In this document: piece by piece, positions 17,599 through 26,750 of the stretch
How positions within the stretch are numbered: position 1 is the first letter of the stretch
Layout of the letters: each line of letters starts with the position of its first letter
DNA from: Oscillospiraceae bacterium
Lineage (GTDB): Bacteria > Bacillota > Clostridia > Oscillospirales > Oscillospiraceae
Assembly: GCA_902767395.1 (NCBI GenBank)
Contig: CACXHI010000017.1
Span: 1-33,683, forward strand
Direction of reading: 5' to 3'
DNA length: 33,683 nucleotides
Position numbers and translations under genes: made by a program
The notes under the pieces: generated by a model
The model's database searches: none
What the model saw: the letters and a program-made list of their open reading frames with translations, nothing else
What the model was told of the DNA's origin: nothing

Positions 17599-17801
17599 GG
17601 CTGCGCCTTCCCAAAGACTGCCACGACGTCTGCGTCCGCAGCGTCCCAAAGGGAGAAGCAGGCCGCTTCCACTGCCTGCCGTCCCGCCGATCCCAGAAGC
17701 AGATCCCGCAGCGCCTCCGTCTCCGCCGGGGCCAGCAGCCGCAGAAGGAGGACGGCGGCAAAGAGCCAGAGGCTCCATCGTTGTTTTTTCACATCCATCA
17801 C
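17595..17801 (-). CDS. small hypothetical membrane/secreted protein (68 aa)
   Basis: MMDVKKQRWSLWLFAAVLLLRLLAPAE... has a basic N-terminus and a hydrophobic helix. Its stop overlaps the M50 start (ATGA). No clear SD and no recognisable family. Confidence 0.35.
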   Translation of the reverse strand: MMDVKKQRWSLWLFAAVLLLRLLAPAETEALRDLLLGSAGRQAVEAACFSLWDAADADVVAVFGKAQP

Positions 17802-17855
17802 CGCAACAGCCTATTCCCGCTGTCGCGGCGCTATGACTGGCTCCTTAGGACGACG

Positions 17856-17891
17856 GCAGCCCTGCGCGGCAAATCTGCCGCGCAGGGCTGC
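17856..17891 (-). terminator. 16-bp perfect GC-rich hairpin just after rlmI (terminator-like, no U-tract)
   Basis: GCAGCCCTGCGCGGCA / AATC / TGCCGCGCAGGGCTGC, 5 nt beyond the rlmI stop on the minus strand. No T-run follows. Confidence 0.5.
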
Positions 17892-17895
17892 GAAT

Positions 17896-19074
17896 CTACA
17901 CGATCTGCAAAATATAGCCCTTCAAATACAGGCTGTGCTCCGCGTTCAGCGCGGCGGGATGATCCCGGGACTGCATCAGGGTTTCGATCAGACGCACCGT
18001 ACGACCGGAATCCCCGGCGGCCTCGCGGAGCATCTGCAGGAACAGCTCCGGCGTCATAAATTGGGAGCAGGAGCAGGTCACAAGGTAGCCCCCCGGCGCG
18101 GTGACGCGCATACAGCGCAGGTTCAGCTCCTTGTAGCCCCGGTAGGCCGCCTCCAGCGCCTTTTTGCTCTTGGCAAAGGCGGGCGGGTCACAGATCACGG
18201 TGTCGAACCGTCGGCCGGATTCGTCATAGGCTTTCATCAGGTCAAAGACGTTGGCGGCAACGGTGGTGATCCGCGTCTCCACGCCGTTCAGGGCGGCGTT
18301 GCGGCGGAGCATGTCCAGCGCCGACTCGGACACGTCTACGGCCTCCACGGAGGCTGCGCCGTAGAGCGCGGCGTGGATGGCAAAGCCCCCGGTGTGCGAG
18401 CAGAGATCCAGCACCGTCCGTCCCGGACAGTAGGGCCGAATCCGACCCCGGTTCTCCTGTTGATCGAGGAAATGCCCGGTTTTCTGTCCGCTGGGAACGT
18501 CCACCAGCATCCGCGCTTCATGCTCCACGATCTCCGTCAGATCGGGAACCTCGCCATAGAGAACGCCGGTGGTCTGGGCAAGCCCCTCCTTCTCCCGCAC
18601 GGGCACGTCGTCGCGCTCATAGATGCCCTTCGGCGCAAAAATCTCCGCCAGCGCCGATACCAGCACGTCCTTGATCCGATCCATGCCGAGGCTCAGAATC
18701 TGCACCGAAAGATACGCGCCGAACTTGTCCACGGTCAGCCCCGGCAGACCGTCGGATTCCCCGAAGACCACGCGGCAGGAATTGGAAAAGCCCAGCGTGC
18801 GGCGGTAATCCCACGCGGCCTGCAGACGCCAGCGAAAGAATGCTTCGTCAATGACTTCCTTCCGATCCCGACTCAAAATGCGGACGACAATCTTGGAACG
18901 GGCGTTGAAGAAGCCCCACGCGAGGAAGCTCATGCGGCTGTCAAGGACTTCCACCACGTCGCCGTCCTTGCAGCGGTCGTCCACCCAGTCGATCTCGTTG
19001 TCGTAGATCCACGGCTTTCCGGCCCGAAGCTCCCGCTCCTCGCCCCGTCGCAGGCAGACCTGCCCGCGCTCCAT
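17896..19074 (-). CDS. rlmI: class I SAM-dependent rRNA (cytosine-C5) methyltransferase, RlmI-like (PUA + MTase)
   Basis: GKPWIYDNEI opening, GLPGLTVDKFG, SAM-binding LDLCSHTGGFA and DPPAFAKSK motifs. ATG 19074 overlaps the galE TGA (TGATG); the track start at 19122 would overlap galE. Confidence 0.85.
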   Translation of the reverse strand: MERGQVCLRRGEERELRAGKPWIYDNEIDWVDDRCKDGDVVEVLDSRMSFLAWGFFNARSKIVVRILSRDRKEVIDEAFFRWRLQAAWDYRRTLGFSNSCRVVFGESDGLPGLTVDKFGAYLSVQILSLGMDRIKDVLVSALAEIFAPKGIYERDDVPVREKEGLAQTTGVLYGEVPDLTEIVEHEARMLVDVPSGQKTGHFLDQQENRGRIRPYCPGRTVLDLCSHTGGFAIHAALYGAASVEAVDVSESALDMLRRNAALNGVETRITTVAANVFDLMKAYDESGRRFDTVICDPPAFAKSKKALEAAYRGYKELNLRCMRVTAPGGYLVTCSCSQFMTPELFLQMLREAAGDSGRTVRLIETLMQSRDHPAALNAEHSLYLKGYILQIV

Positions 19075-20081
19075 CAGGCTTCGGAAAGGCGGGTCTGGAT
19101 GAAGTGCCAGGCGTCCCGGCACATGTCGTCCACAGACTTCTCCGCCGTCCAGTGCAGCTCGTCGCGGGCTCTGGCGGGGTTCGCGTAGAACTCTGCCAGA
19201 TCGCCGTCACGCCGTCCGCCGATGACGTAGGGAACAGAAACCCCGTTGACTCGCTGGAAGGAACGTACCAGCTCCAGCACGGAAACGGAGTCGCCCGTGC
19301 CGAGATTGAAGGCCTCCGCGCCGGTGTGCGTCTGTGCATAGTCCAGCGCGCAGAGGTGGCCCTTCGCCAGATCGACCACATGCAGGTAATCCCGCAGGCA
19401 GGTGCCGTCGCGAGTGGGGTAGTCGCCGCCGAAAACGGTCAGATTCGGGAGCCTCCCAGCTGCCACCCGGACGATATAGGGCATGAGGTTATTGGGAATG
19501 CCGTTGGGATCATCGCCCAGCAGACCGGATTCGTGTGCGCCGATGGGGTTGAAATAGCGCAGCAGCACGGCGGAAAAGTCGGGGTTGACGGCGCAGTAGT
19601 CGCGCAGGATCTGCTCAATCATCACCTTCGTCCAGCCGTAGGGGCTTGTGGCGGAGGTGTCCATCCCTTCGACGTAGGGAATCTCGTTCTTGGGGCCGTA
19701 GACCGTGGCGGAGGAGGAGAAGACAAGCTTCGCGCAGCCGTGTCGCTCCATGGTCTCCAGCAGGGTCAGGGTGGTGTCGAGGTTGTTGCGGTAATAGCGC
19801 AGCGGGATCTGGCAGCTCTCGCCCACGGCCTTGAGCCCGGCAAAGTGGATCACGGCGTCGATGTGCTGCGCTGCAAAGATCTGCTCCAGCGCTTGACAGT
19901 CCGCCACGTCCAGCTCGCAGACCTGGGGCTGTTTTCCGGCAATGCGGGCGATGCGCGCCGGAACGTCCCGGCTGGAATTCGAGAAGTTGTCCGCGATGAC
20001 AACCTCACAGCCCTTTTGCAGCAGCTCCACGCAGGTGTGGGAGCCGATATACCCGGCGCCGCCGGTTACAAGAATGGTCAT
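19074..20081 (-). CDS. galE: UDP-glucose 4-epimerase
   Basis: 335 aa. MTILVTGGAGYIGSH Rossmann motif, SSSATVYG, catalytic YGWTK (YxxxK), RYFNPIGAH. Confidence 0.92.
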   Translation of the reverse strand: MTILVTGGAGYIGSHTCVELLQKGCEVVIADNFSNSSRDVPARIARIAGKQPQVCELDVADCQALEQIFAAQHIDAVIHFAGLKAVGESCQIPLRYYRNNLDTTLTLLETMERHGCAKLVFSSSATVYGPKNEIPYVEGMDTSATSPYGWTKVMIEQILRDYCAVNPDFSAVLLRYFNPIGAHESGLLGDDPNGIPNNLMPYIVRVAAGRLPNLTVFGGDYPTRDGTCLRDYLHVVDLAKGHLCALDYAQTHTGAEAFNLGTGDSVSVLELVRSFQRVNGVSVPYVIGGRRDGDLAEFYANPARARDELHWTAEKSVDDMCRDAWHFIQTRLSEA

Positions 20082-20140
20082 AAAGGACCCTCCAATGATT
20101 CATGTTTCGTTTTGTGATTTTGTGGACCTCAGACGGTTGG

Positions 20141-21385
20141 TTATACCTCCCAGCCGGACAGGTAGGCCTCCTGTTCGGGGGTCAGCTTGTCGATCTCCAT
20201 GCCGATGCCGTGGAGCTTCAGCGCGGAAACCGTGTCGTCGATGGACTGGGGAATTTCATACACGTCGTTGGCAAGCTCGCGCCCGTGCGCCTTCATGTAC
20301 TCCAGCGCCAGCGCCTGAATCGAAAAGCTCATATCCATAATCTCTGCCGGGTGGCCGTTGCCGGAGGCGAGGTTGACCAGCCGCCCCTCCGCCAGCAGAT
20401 TCAGCACCCGCCCGTCGCTCAGCTCATAGCCCACGATCTCATTCCGGCGTGGGAAGCTGCGAACCGCCATCCGCGCCAGTTCCTCCCCGTTGACCTCCAC
20501 GTTGAAGTGGCCCGCGTTGGAGAGGAAGGCGTTGTGCTTCATTACCTCGAAATGCCGCTTCACGATCACGTCCCGGCAGCCGGTGGTGGTCACGAACAAA
20601 TCGCCCAGCGGGGCGGCCTGATCCATCGGCATGACGCGCATTCCCTCCATACTGGCCTCGAGGGCCTTGATCGGGTCGATCTCGGTCACGATGACGTTCG
20701 CGCCCATGCCCTTGGCCCGCATGGCAACTCCGCGTCCGCAGTAGCCGTAGCCCGCGACCACGACGGTCTTGCCGGCGACCAGCAGGTTGGTGGTGTGCAT
20801 GATTGCGTCCCAGACAGACTGACCTGTGCCGTACTTGTTGTCATAGTAGTGCTTGCACTTGGCGTCGTTGACGTTCATCATCGGGAAGGGGAGCTTCCCC
20901 GCCTTCGCTCTGGCCTTAAGTCGGTGAATGCCGGTGGTCGTCTCCTCCGCGCCGCCGATCAGGCGGTCGGCCAGATGGGCGCAGGGCCCGGTCAGAAGCT
21001 CCACAAGGTCCCCCCCGTCGTCAATCATGAGATCCGGGTGACAGGAGAGGGCGGCGACGAGAAGCTGCTTGTATTCCTCGTCGCTCACGCCATGCACGGC
21101 GTAGGTCTCCACGCCCAGCGAGGCCAGACCGGCCGCCACGTCGTCCTGCGTGGACAGGGGATTGCAGCCCGTGGCGTGGACCTCCGCGCCGGCTGCCTGC
21201 AGACAGGTGGCGAGGTAGGCTGTCTTGGCCTCCATGTGGATCGACATGGTGATTTTCATGCCGGCAAAGGGCTTTTCACGCTCCATGCGTGCGCGAATCG
21301 CGCGGAGGGCGGGCATGAAGTCCTGCACCCACGCAATTTTCATCCGGCCGGATTCGGCCAGCGTCAGATCCTTTACAATGCTCAT
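20141..21385 (-). CDS. ahcY: adenosylhomocysteinase
   Basis: SIVKDLTLAESGRMKIAWVQDFMP opening, DDGGDL, NAD-binding VVVAGYGYCGRGVA, GHFNVE. ATG 21385 follows GGAGG by 6 nt; the track start 21424 abuts the upstream stop. Confidence 0.92.
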   Translation of the reverse strand: MSIVKDLTLAESGRMKIAWVQDFMPALRAIRARMEREKPFAGMKITMSIHMEAKTAYLATCLQAAGAEVHATGCNPLSTQDDVAAGLASLGVETYAVHGVSDEEYKQLLVAALSCHPDLMIDDGGDLVELLTGPCAHLADRLIGGAEETTTGIHRLKARAKAGKLPFPMMNVNDAKCKHYYDNKYGTGQSVWDAIMHTTNLLVAGKTVVVAGYGYCGRGVAMRAKGMGANVIVTEIDPIKALEASMEGMRVMPMDQAAPLGDLFVTTTGCRDVIVKRHFEVMKHNAFLSNAGHFNVEVNGEELARMAVRSFPRRNEIVGYELSDGRVLNLLAEGRLVNLASGNGHPAEIMDMSFSIQALALEYMKAHGRELANDVYEIPQSIDDTVSALKLHGIGMEIDKLTPEQEAYLSGWEV

Positions 21386-21424
21386 AGCAGCCTCCGTTTT
21401 GAAGTTGATTTCATTTTTGTGCAA

Positions 21425-23212
21425 TCAGAAGTCCATTGCCATTCTGGCCGAGGTCTCCTCGTCCAGCTCGGTCACAGCCTGTCCCATGACCCGATAGACA
21501 CGCTGACAAAGATTCAGAACAGTGGGACGGTGGGTGGTGACGATGCAGGTGCGAGTGGGATTGCGCTCCATGATCCGGCGCAGAACGCGGCGTTCGGTTC
21601 CCACGTCGAGCGCGGAGGTGGCCTCGTCCAGCAGCAGAATCGGCGCGTCCCGAAGGACGGCGCGGGCAATGGCAATGCGCTGGGCCTGCCCTTCGGAGAG
21701 TCCCTTGCCGCGTCGGCCCAGCTTGGTGTTCAGACCGTCGGGCAGCCTCTCCACAAACTCCCAGGCGCAGGCCTCGTCCAGCGCTGAAATCATTTCCTCC
21801 TCTGTCGCGTCGGCCTTGCCCATGCGCAGGTTGTCCGCAATCGTTCCGGAGAGAATCGTATTGCCCTGCGGGACGTAGGAGAACAGCGTGCGGGTGTCGG
21901 CGTTGAGGGGGAACTCGGAGCCGTCTGCGGCCCGGATCAGCGCTTCGCCATTGCCCGGATAGACCAGCGCGAGAATCAGGCGGATCAGGGTGGTCTTGCC
22001 CTCGCCGGACGCGCCAATCAGCGCAACGATTTCGCCCGGGCTGGCAATCAGCCGGGAATCATGCAGCACGGTCCGGTTTTCCACATAGGCAAAGTCCAGA
22101 TCCCGCAGCTCCACGGTGAAGCCTTGCGCCGCCTTTTCGTGCAGCGTGCGGCTCTCCAGAATATGGACCTCCTTGGGCAGCTCCACCAGCTCACGGACAC
22201 GGTGGGCGGAGATGGAGGCGCTCAGGAAATTGGGAATGATGCCGATCAGCTTTTGAAAGGCGGTGGACAGGGCGGAGGTCTGCTGGAGGAAGAGCGTCAT
22301 CGTGCCGTAGGTGATGGCGTGTGTCCAGAGCTTGTACAGGCAGTAGCCGAACGCGCCCATCGAAACGGCGGAGCCTGCCAGTGTCAGAAAGACGTTGGTC
22401 TTGATCGTAAAGAGATTGTAGTCCAGATTGACCTTCTTGAATTTTTCCTGCCAGTCGCACAGGCGGTCGCTGTACTGGTCGGTAATGCCGAAGGACTTGA
22501 TGGTGTCCATGTTGTAAAAGGTTTCCAGCTCAAAGCTCATCACGTCGCTTGCCATCTTGCGAACCAGCTTGCCGTGCTCACGCTGCCGTCGCAGCACCAC
22601 GCGGGAGGCCAGAAGCAGGAACGGTGCGGTGGCAAAGGCGAAGATTGCCATGATCCAGTCGAAATGCAGGATTACAAAGAAGGTGGCCACAAAGCGATAA
22701 ATGGAGACGATGATGGTGGGAAGCCAGCTTACGGCGTTGTTTGCGACCGTTCCGACGTCATTGGAAAAGCGGTTGAGAATGTCGCCGCTCTCAAACTGGT
22801 TCAGGGAGGACCAGTTGGCGTCGATGATTTTGTCGAAGATATCGCGCTGCACATCGTTGTTGATGCGGATGCTCAGCTTCAGAAGAATCCGCCCGAGCAG
22901 ACTGTTCAGCACCAGACCGAGGATCGTGCTGCTCACGGAGACCGTAATCAGCAGCCAGAGCTTGGAGGTTTGATAGCCGGTCACAATGTCGATGGCGTAC
23001 TTGCTCGCCACCGCGCCGACCAGACCGAGCGTCGTGCTGAGAATGCCGAGCAGCACGTAAAAGACAATGGCGCCCTTGTAGCGTTTGGAGTAGGTGAAGA
23101 TCCACTTCCAGTCGTCAAAGATTTCCTGAAAGGTGCCCTCCTTCCAGCGCGATCTCATCGTGCGGAGGAATTCGGAGCCCTTTGGCTTTTGCGGTTGGGA
23201 CGGTGTTTGCAT
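21425..23212 (-). CDS. ABC exporter, fused permease + ATPase half-transporter (MsbA/CydDC-like type I fold)
   Basis: 595 aa. Six-helix TMD, then Walker A GASGEGKTTL, signature LSEGQAQRIAIARA and Walker B ILLLDEATSALD. AGGAGG SD. Starts 30 nt after the ccsA stop. Confidence 0.9.
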   Translation of the reverse strand: MQTPSQPQKPKGSEFLRTMRSRWKEGTFQEIFDDWKWIFTYSKRYKGAIVFYVLLGILSTTLGLVGAVASKYAIDIVTGYQTSKLWLLITVSVSSTILGLVLNSLLGRILLKLSIRINNDVQRDIFDKIIDANWSSLNQFESGDILNRFSNDVGTVANNAVSWLPTIIVSIYRFVATFFVILHFDWIMAIFAFATAPFLLLASRVVLRRQREHGKLVRKMASDVMSFELETFYNMDTIKSFGITDQYSDRLCDWQEKFKKVNLDYNLFTIKTNVFLTLAGSAVSMGAFGYCLYKLWTHAITYGTMTLFLQQTSALSTAFQKLIGIIPNFLSASISAHRVRELVELPKEVHILESRTLHEKAAQGFTVELRDLDFAYVENRTVLHDSRLIASPGEIVALIGASGEGKTTLIRLILALVYPGNGEALIRAADGSEFPLNADTRTLFSYVPQGNTILSGTIADNLRMGKADATEEEMISALDEACAWEFVERLPDGLNTKLGRRGKGLSEGQAQRIAIARAVLRDAPILLLDEATSALDVGTERRVLRRIMERNPTRTCIVTTHRPTVLNLCQRVYRVMGQAVTELDEETSARMAMDF

Positions 23213-23242
23213 GTAGGTTCCTCCTGAATTCGAAAGCTTGAT

Positions 23243-24067
23243 TTACGCATAGCTGTGAAGCCCCGGCAGAAGGGTGTTGACTCCCACGTAGGTGAACAGA
23301 ACGCAGACAAAACCGACCACGGCGAAGATGGCGGCGGTCCGGCCCTTCCAGCCCCGGCGAATCCGCAGATGCAGATAAGTGGCATAGATCAGCCACGTCA
23401 CAAGCGACCAGGTCTCCTTCGGGTCCCACGACCAGTAGGAGCCCCAGGCCTGTTCCGCCCAGATCGCCCCGGTGATGATCGTGAAGGTCAAAAACAGCAG
23501 ACCGAGACAGACGCTTCGGTAGGAGATCAGATCCAGCTTTTCTCTTGCTGGAATGTGCTTGTCCCAGAAGCCCTGATTCTTCATCCGCTCCCGGAGCAGG
23601 AAGATCAGCCCCAGAACCGCGCTGACGCCGAACGAGCCGTAGGCGATGATGGCAGTCGAGACGTGAAAGCCCAGCCAGCTCGAACGCAGAGCGGGCATCA
23701 AAGCCTTGACCTCCCGGCTCTGCATGGCGGCATAGCCGATCAGCAGCAGAATGATCGGGGCGGCGAAGGTGCCGATGACCGGAAATTTGAATCTCCAGAT
23801 GAACACAAGACTTACCAGACAAAGCCCCCACGCGAAGCTGGTGGCGAATTCATACTGGTTGGTCAGCGGAAGCCGCCCTGCGCCGATCCCGCGCAGAATG
23901 AGCGCCGCCGTGTGCAGCACAAGGCCGAGAATCTGAATTGCGGCGGCGGCCTTTCCCAGAGCTTCCTTCTTGACGGTGACGAACAGGAAATAAAAAACGG
24001 TTGCTGCAAAATACAGGCAGATCACGGCATAGAAGAAAATGCCTTCGAGATTCAGCAGATTCGTCAT
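23243..24067 (-). CDS. ccsA: System II cytochrome c biogenesis heme-handling protein CcsA/ResC
   Basis: 274-aa polytopic protein with the Trp-rich WWD-type motif WGSYWSWDPKETWSLVTW and the flanking His in YLHLR. Confidence 0.9.
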   Translation of the reverse strand: MTNLLNLEGIFFYAVICLYFAATVFYFLFVTVKKEALGKAAAAIQILGLVLHTAALILRGIGAGRLPLTNQYEFATSFAWGLCLVSLVFIWRFKFPVIGTFAAPIILLLIGYAAMQSREVKALMPALRSSWLGFHVSTAIIAYGSFGVSAVLGLIFLLRERMKNQGFWDKHIPAREKLDLISYRSVCLGLLFLTFTIITGAIWAEQAWGSYWSWDPKETWSLVTWLIYATYLHLRIRRGWKGRTAAIFAVVGFVCVLFTYVGVNTLLPGLHSYA

Positions 24068-24081
24068 AATCGTACCTTCTT

Positions 24082-25335
24082 TCAGCTTTGAACTTGGTTT
24101 GCCGCCTCGCGGACCTGCTCTGCGAACAGCGCTCCGCCCTTGGGACTGCTTCCGAAGACGGTCCAGCCTCCGTCCGCTTCCCGAATGGCCCAGACACGCC
24201 GGGTCTGGCAGTAGAAGGCGAGGAACAGTCCGAGCAGGGTGATCAGCCCGCCGGCAAGGGCAAGGCGGCTGAAGCGGTCTCGCTTCAACTGGATGAGCGT
24301 ATAGCTCTGCGGCTCGGAAAAGGAGACCTCATAGGGCAGGAAGTCCTGAATCGTCCCGCCCTCGGGCTGGACGTCCATGCCGTAGAACGAATCGTCAATG
24401 TAAATTTGGTAGGCATAGCCGGGGACGGAGCTGCCGTTTGCAGCCTTGTCATGGTCCGCAAGGACGGCGCGAAGCTGTACCTGCAGGGGGGTGTTCAGCA
24501 GGGAGATTTGCTCGCCCACACAGAGGACGGCCTCCTGCACGGTTTCCCCGTCCCTGCGCACGGTGAAATGCGCTGCGTCCCCGGTGGAGTTCTGATAGAG
24601 CTTGAAGCCGAACGCAGAACCGGGGTGGTTGACGCTGGCAGTCGCGTCCTGCGCGAGCACGTCGTCTTCGTTGGAGAGGTCGTACAGCGTCAGCGCCGTC
24701 GTGTACTGCGTCACGAAGCCGTCGGCCTCGCGCTGCAGCTGGAAATCGCGGATTTTCAGGGCGTATTCCGTCCCCTCGATCTGCTTGACCTGCCCGGGAA
24801 CGCCGTAGACGGTGTACTCCTCCTTGGTCATCTGACCCAGCACAAAGCCGAGAATCAGGAGCAGAATCCCGAGGTGGCAGACCCATGCGCCCCAGAGCCC
24901 GGCGCGGTGCTTCACCGCGATGCGCAGCGTCCGTCCCTCAGCGTCGGTGTGCTCGACGGCCTTCGGCATACGGAGCCGGGTCAGAACCGCGTCCGGGTCT
25001 TGGACGCCGCCGACGGTCACGGTCGGCGCCCCCAGATGGGCGGGGTCGCCGGCCTGACGGCTTCGGCGCAGAAGCTGGGGAAGACGGAGCAGGTTGCAGA
25101 GCAGAAGGTTGCCGCACAGAAAGCCCGTCAGCACCAGCACCCACCAGCTGTGGAACACGTCGTCCAGCCGCAGGGCGAGGATCAGACCCGCCGTGCGCTC
25201 CGAGTACAGCGCCGCGTATTCCTCATAGCGCAGACCCTGCGGCAGAAAGCTTCCGCCCGCGCAGGCCAGAGCGAGGACCACCAGAAGCCCAATGGCAAAC
25301 TGCATCGAGCCCAAGAATTTCCAGAGCTTTTTCAT
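24082..25335 (-). CDS. resB: System II cytochrome c biogenesis protein ResB/CcsB
   Basis: From ATG 25335 (AGGAG SD): MKKLWKFLGSMQFAIGLLVVLALACAGGSFLPQG, the typical ResB N-terminus, then a large extracytoplasmic domain and a C-terminal TM. The track start 25422 crosses the upstream hairpin. Confidence 0.88.
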   Translation of the reverse strand: MKKLWKFLGSMQFAIGLLVVLALACAGGSFLPQGLRYEEYAALYSERTAGLILALRLDDVFHSWWVLVLTGFLCGNLLLCNLLRLPQLLRRSRQAGDPAHLGAPTVTVGGVQDPDAVLTRLRMPKAVEHTDAEGRTLRIAVKHRAGLWGAWVCHLGILLLILGFVLGQMTKEEYTVYGVPGQVKQIEGTEYALKIRDFQLQREADGFVTQYTTALTLYDLSNEDDVLAQDATASVNHPGSAFGFKLYQNSTGDAAHFTVRRDGETVQEAVLCVGEQISLLNTPLQVQLRAVLADHDKAANGSSVPGYAYQIYIDDSFYGMDVQPEGGTIQDFLPYEVSFSEPQSYTLIQLKRDRFSRLALAGGLITLLGLFLAFYCQTRRVWAIREADGGWTVFGSSPKGGALFAEQVREAANQVQS

Positions 25336-25356
25336 CGTTGATCTCCTGTAAAGCGC

Positions 25357-25389
25357 AATAGCGGCAGAGCGTAACGCTCTGCCGCTATT
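25357..25389 (-). other. intercistronic 15-bp perfect hairpin between nrfA and resB
   Basis: AATAGCGGCAGAGCG / TAA / CGCTCTGCCGCTATT, located between the rnfB-nrfA stop (25419) and the resB start (25335). No U-tract follows on the minus strand. Confidence 0.6.
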
Positions 25390-25418
25390 GTATCGGTTTT
25401 TAGGAGAATTGTCAATTA

Positions 25419-26750
25419 TCAATTCTCGATGCCGAGCAGATCCATACCCTCGGTAATCTTGCTCTCGGCGGTGTCAAGACAGCGGGTGGCAAGCTCAGAG
25501 TTGTGCGCGCCCTCAGAGTTCTCCACATAGTCAAAGTCGAAGAACCACTGGGCCTCGCGGTAAAGCTTGCGAATGGCATTCAGCTCGTCCTCGGTCTTTG
25601 CTCCGGGCGCGCCCTCCTCGGCGGCCTTCACGGCGTCCGCCAGCGCGTCCTTGAACGCGGAGAGCTTGTTGCCGACCTCCGCCTCCCGGGCAGTGATGCG
25701 CTCCTGAAGCTTGTGTACCATTTCGACCATGTCGGTGTCGCCGTGGCACTGAACGCAGGTGGAGAGGAGGGTTTTGTCGTTGAGCGGGCTGTCGATGTAG
25801 TGGCTGTGATAGATCGTGCCGTCCTCCTCCTGCACGATGGCCATGTGGCAGTCGGCACAGCTCATGCCCATCGCGGCGTGCTTGCCGGAGAGATAGGTTT
25901 CCGTCTCAGGGTGCTGGGCCTTGAGCATGTGGGCGCCGGTGGAGGGCTGAATCCAGTCGTAGAAGCCCTGCTCGCCGTCCTTGTTCTCAATGCTGTCATA
26001 GTAGGCCAGAATCGCCTCGGGCGTCATGGCCTCCACACTGTCATAGGGCATCATGGTTTCGGCGTCGGCTACGGTGAAGTAGTACTCGATGTGGCACTGT
26101 CCGCAGGACAGAGTCGAGGGAGCGATGCGCTCCGCGTTTGCGCCAAGGGCCTTGTTCACGTAGGAATGCGTGATGGTAATCTGCCCCTTGTTTCCAGCGT
26201 CGTTGCCGTGGCAGGTGTAGCAGGAAACGCTCTCCTCCATCTTTCCCATGACCTCTTCAAAGTCCCACTTATAGACCTCCACGCCGTTGTCGTTGACCAG
26301 CTTGGCAAAGTTGGGGGTCTTGCAGGTCAGGCAGTTTGCCATTGGGTGCGGCCGCTCGGTTTTGCCCACGTCGGTCAGGCAGAACGCATGTCCGCGGGCG
26401 GAGCCGTAATCCCTGGCGAAGCCGTAGCCCTCGTAGACGTTGACGAGATACGGATCCTGCTCCAGATAGTCCGCCACCTCGGCGTTGTCGGCATTGGCCT
26501 TCATGCTCTTGGCGATGTAGGGGAAGACGCTCTCCCAGTCCGCGGCGTTCACAGTGCCGTCCTTGCTGCTGGCGACGGGGGCGTCCAGCGTGACGTACTG
26601 AATGTCGCTTCGCGTCAGGGGGCCGAGCTCGCCCCGGTTGCCCAGATGATACATGGTGTTGCCGTTCAGCACACCGCTCAGCAGCAGAACGGCGGCAGCG
26701 ATGATGAGCAGGGCGCACACCACTTTCCAAATAATTGTCTTCTTATCCAT
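25419..26750 (-). other. nrfA: NrfA (cytochrome c552 nitrite reductase) module with its own in-frame SD+ATG and signal-anchor helix
   Basis: AAAGGAG (26762-26756) lies 5 nt before ATG 26750. MDKKTIIWKVVCALLIIAAAVLLLSGVL is anchor-like. The rest aligns with NrfA hallmarks RDY..RGHAF, CxxCK, CGQCH(I/V)EYYF, LKAQHPE, CxDCHM. Confidence 0.85.
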
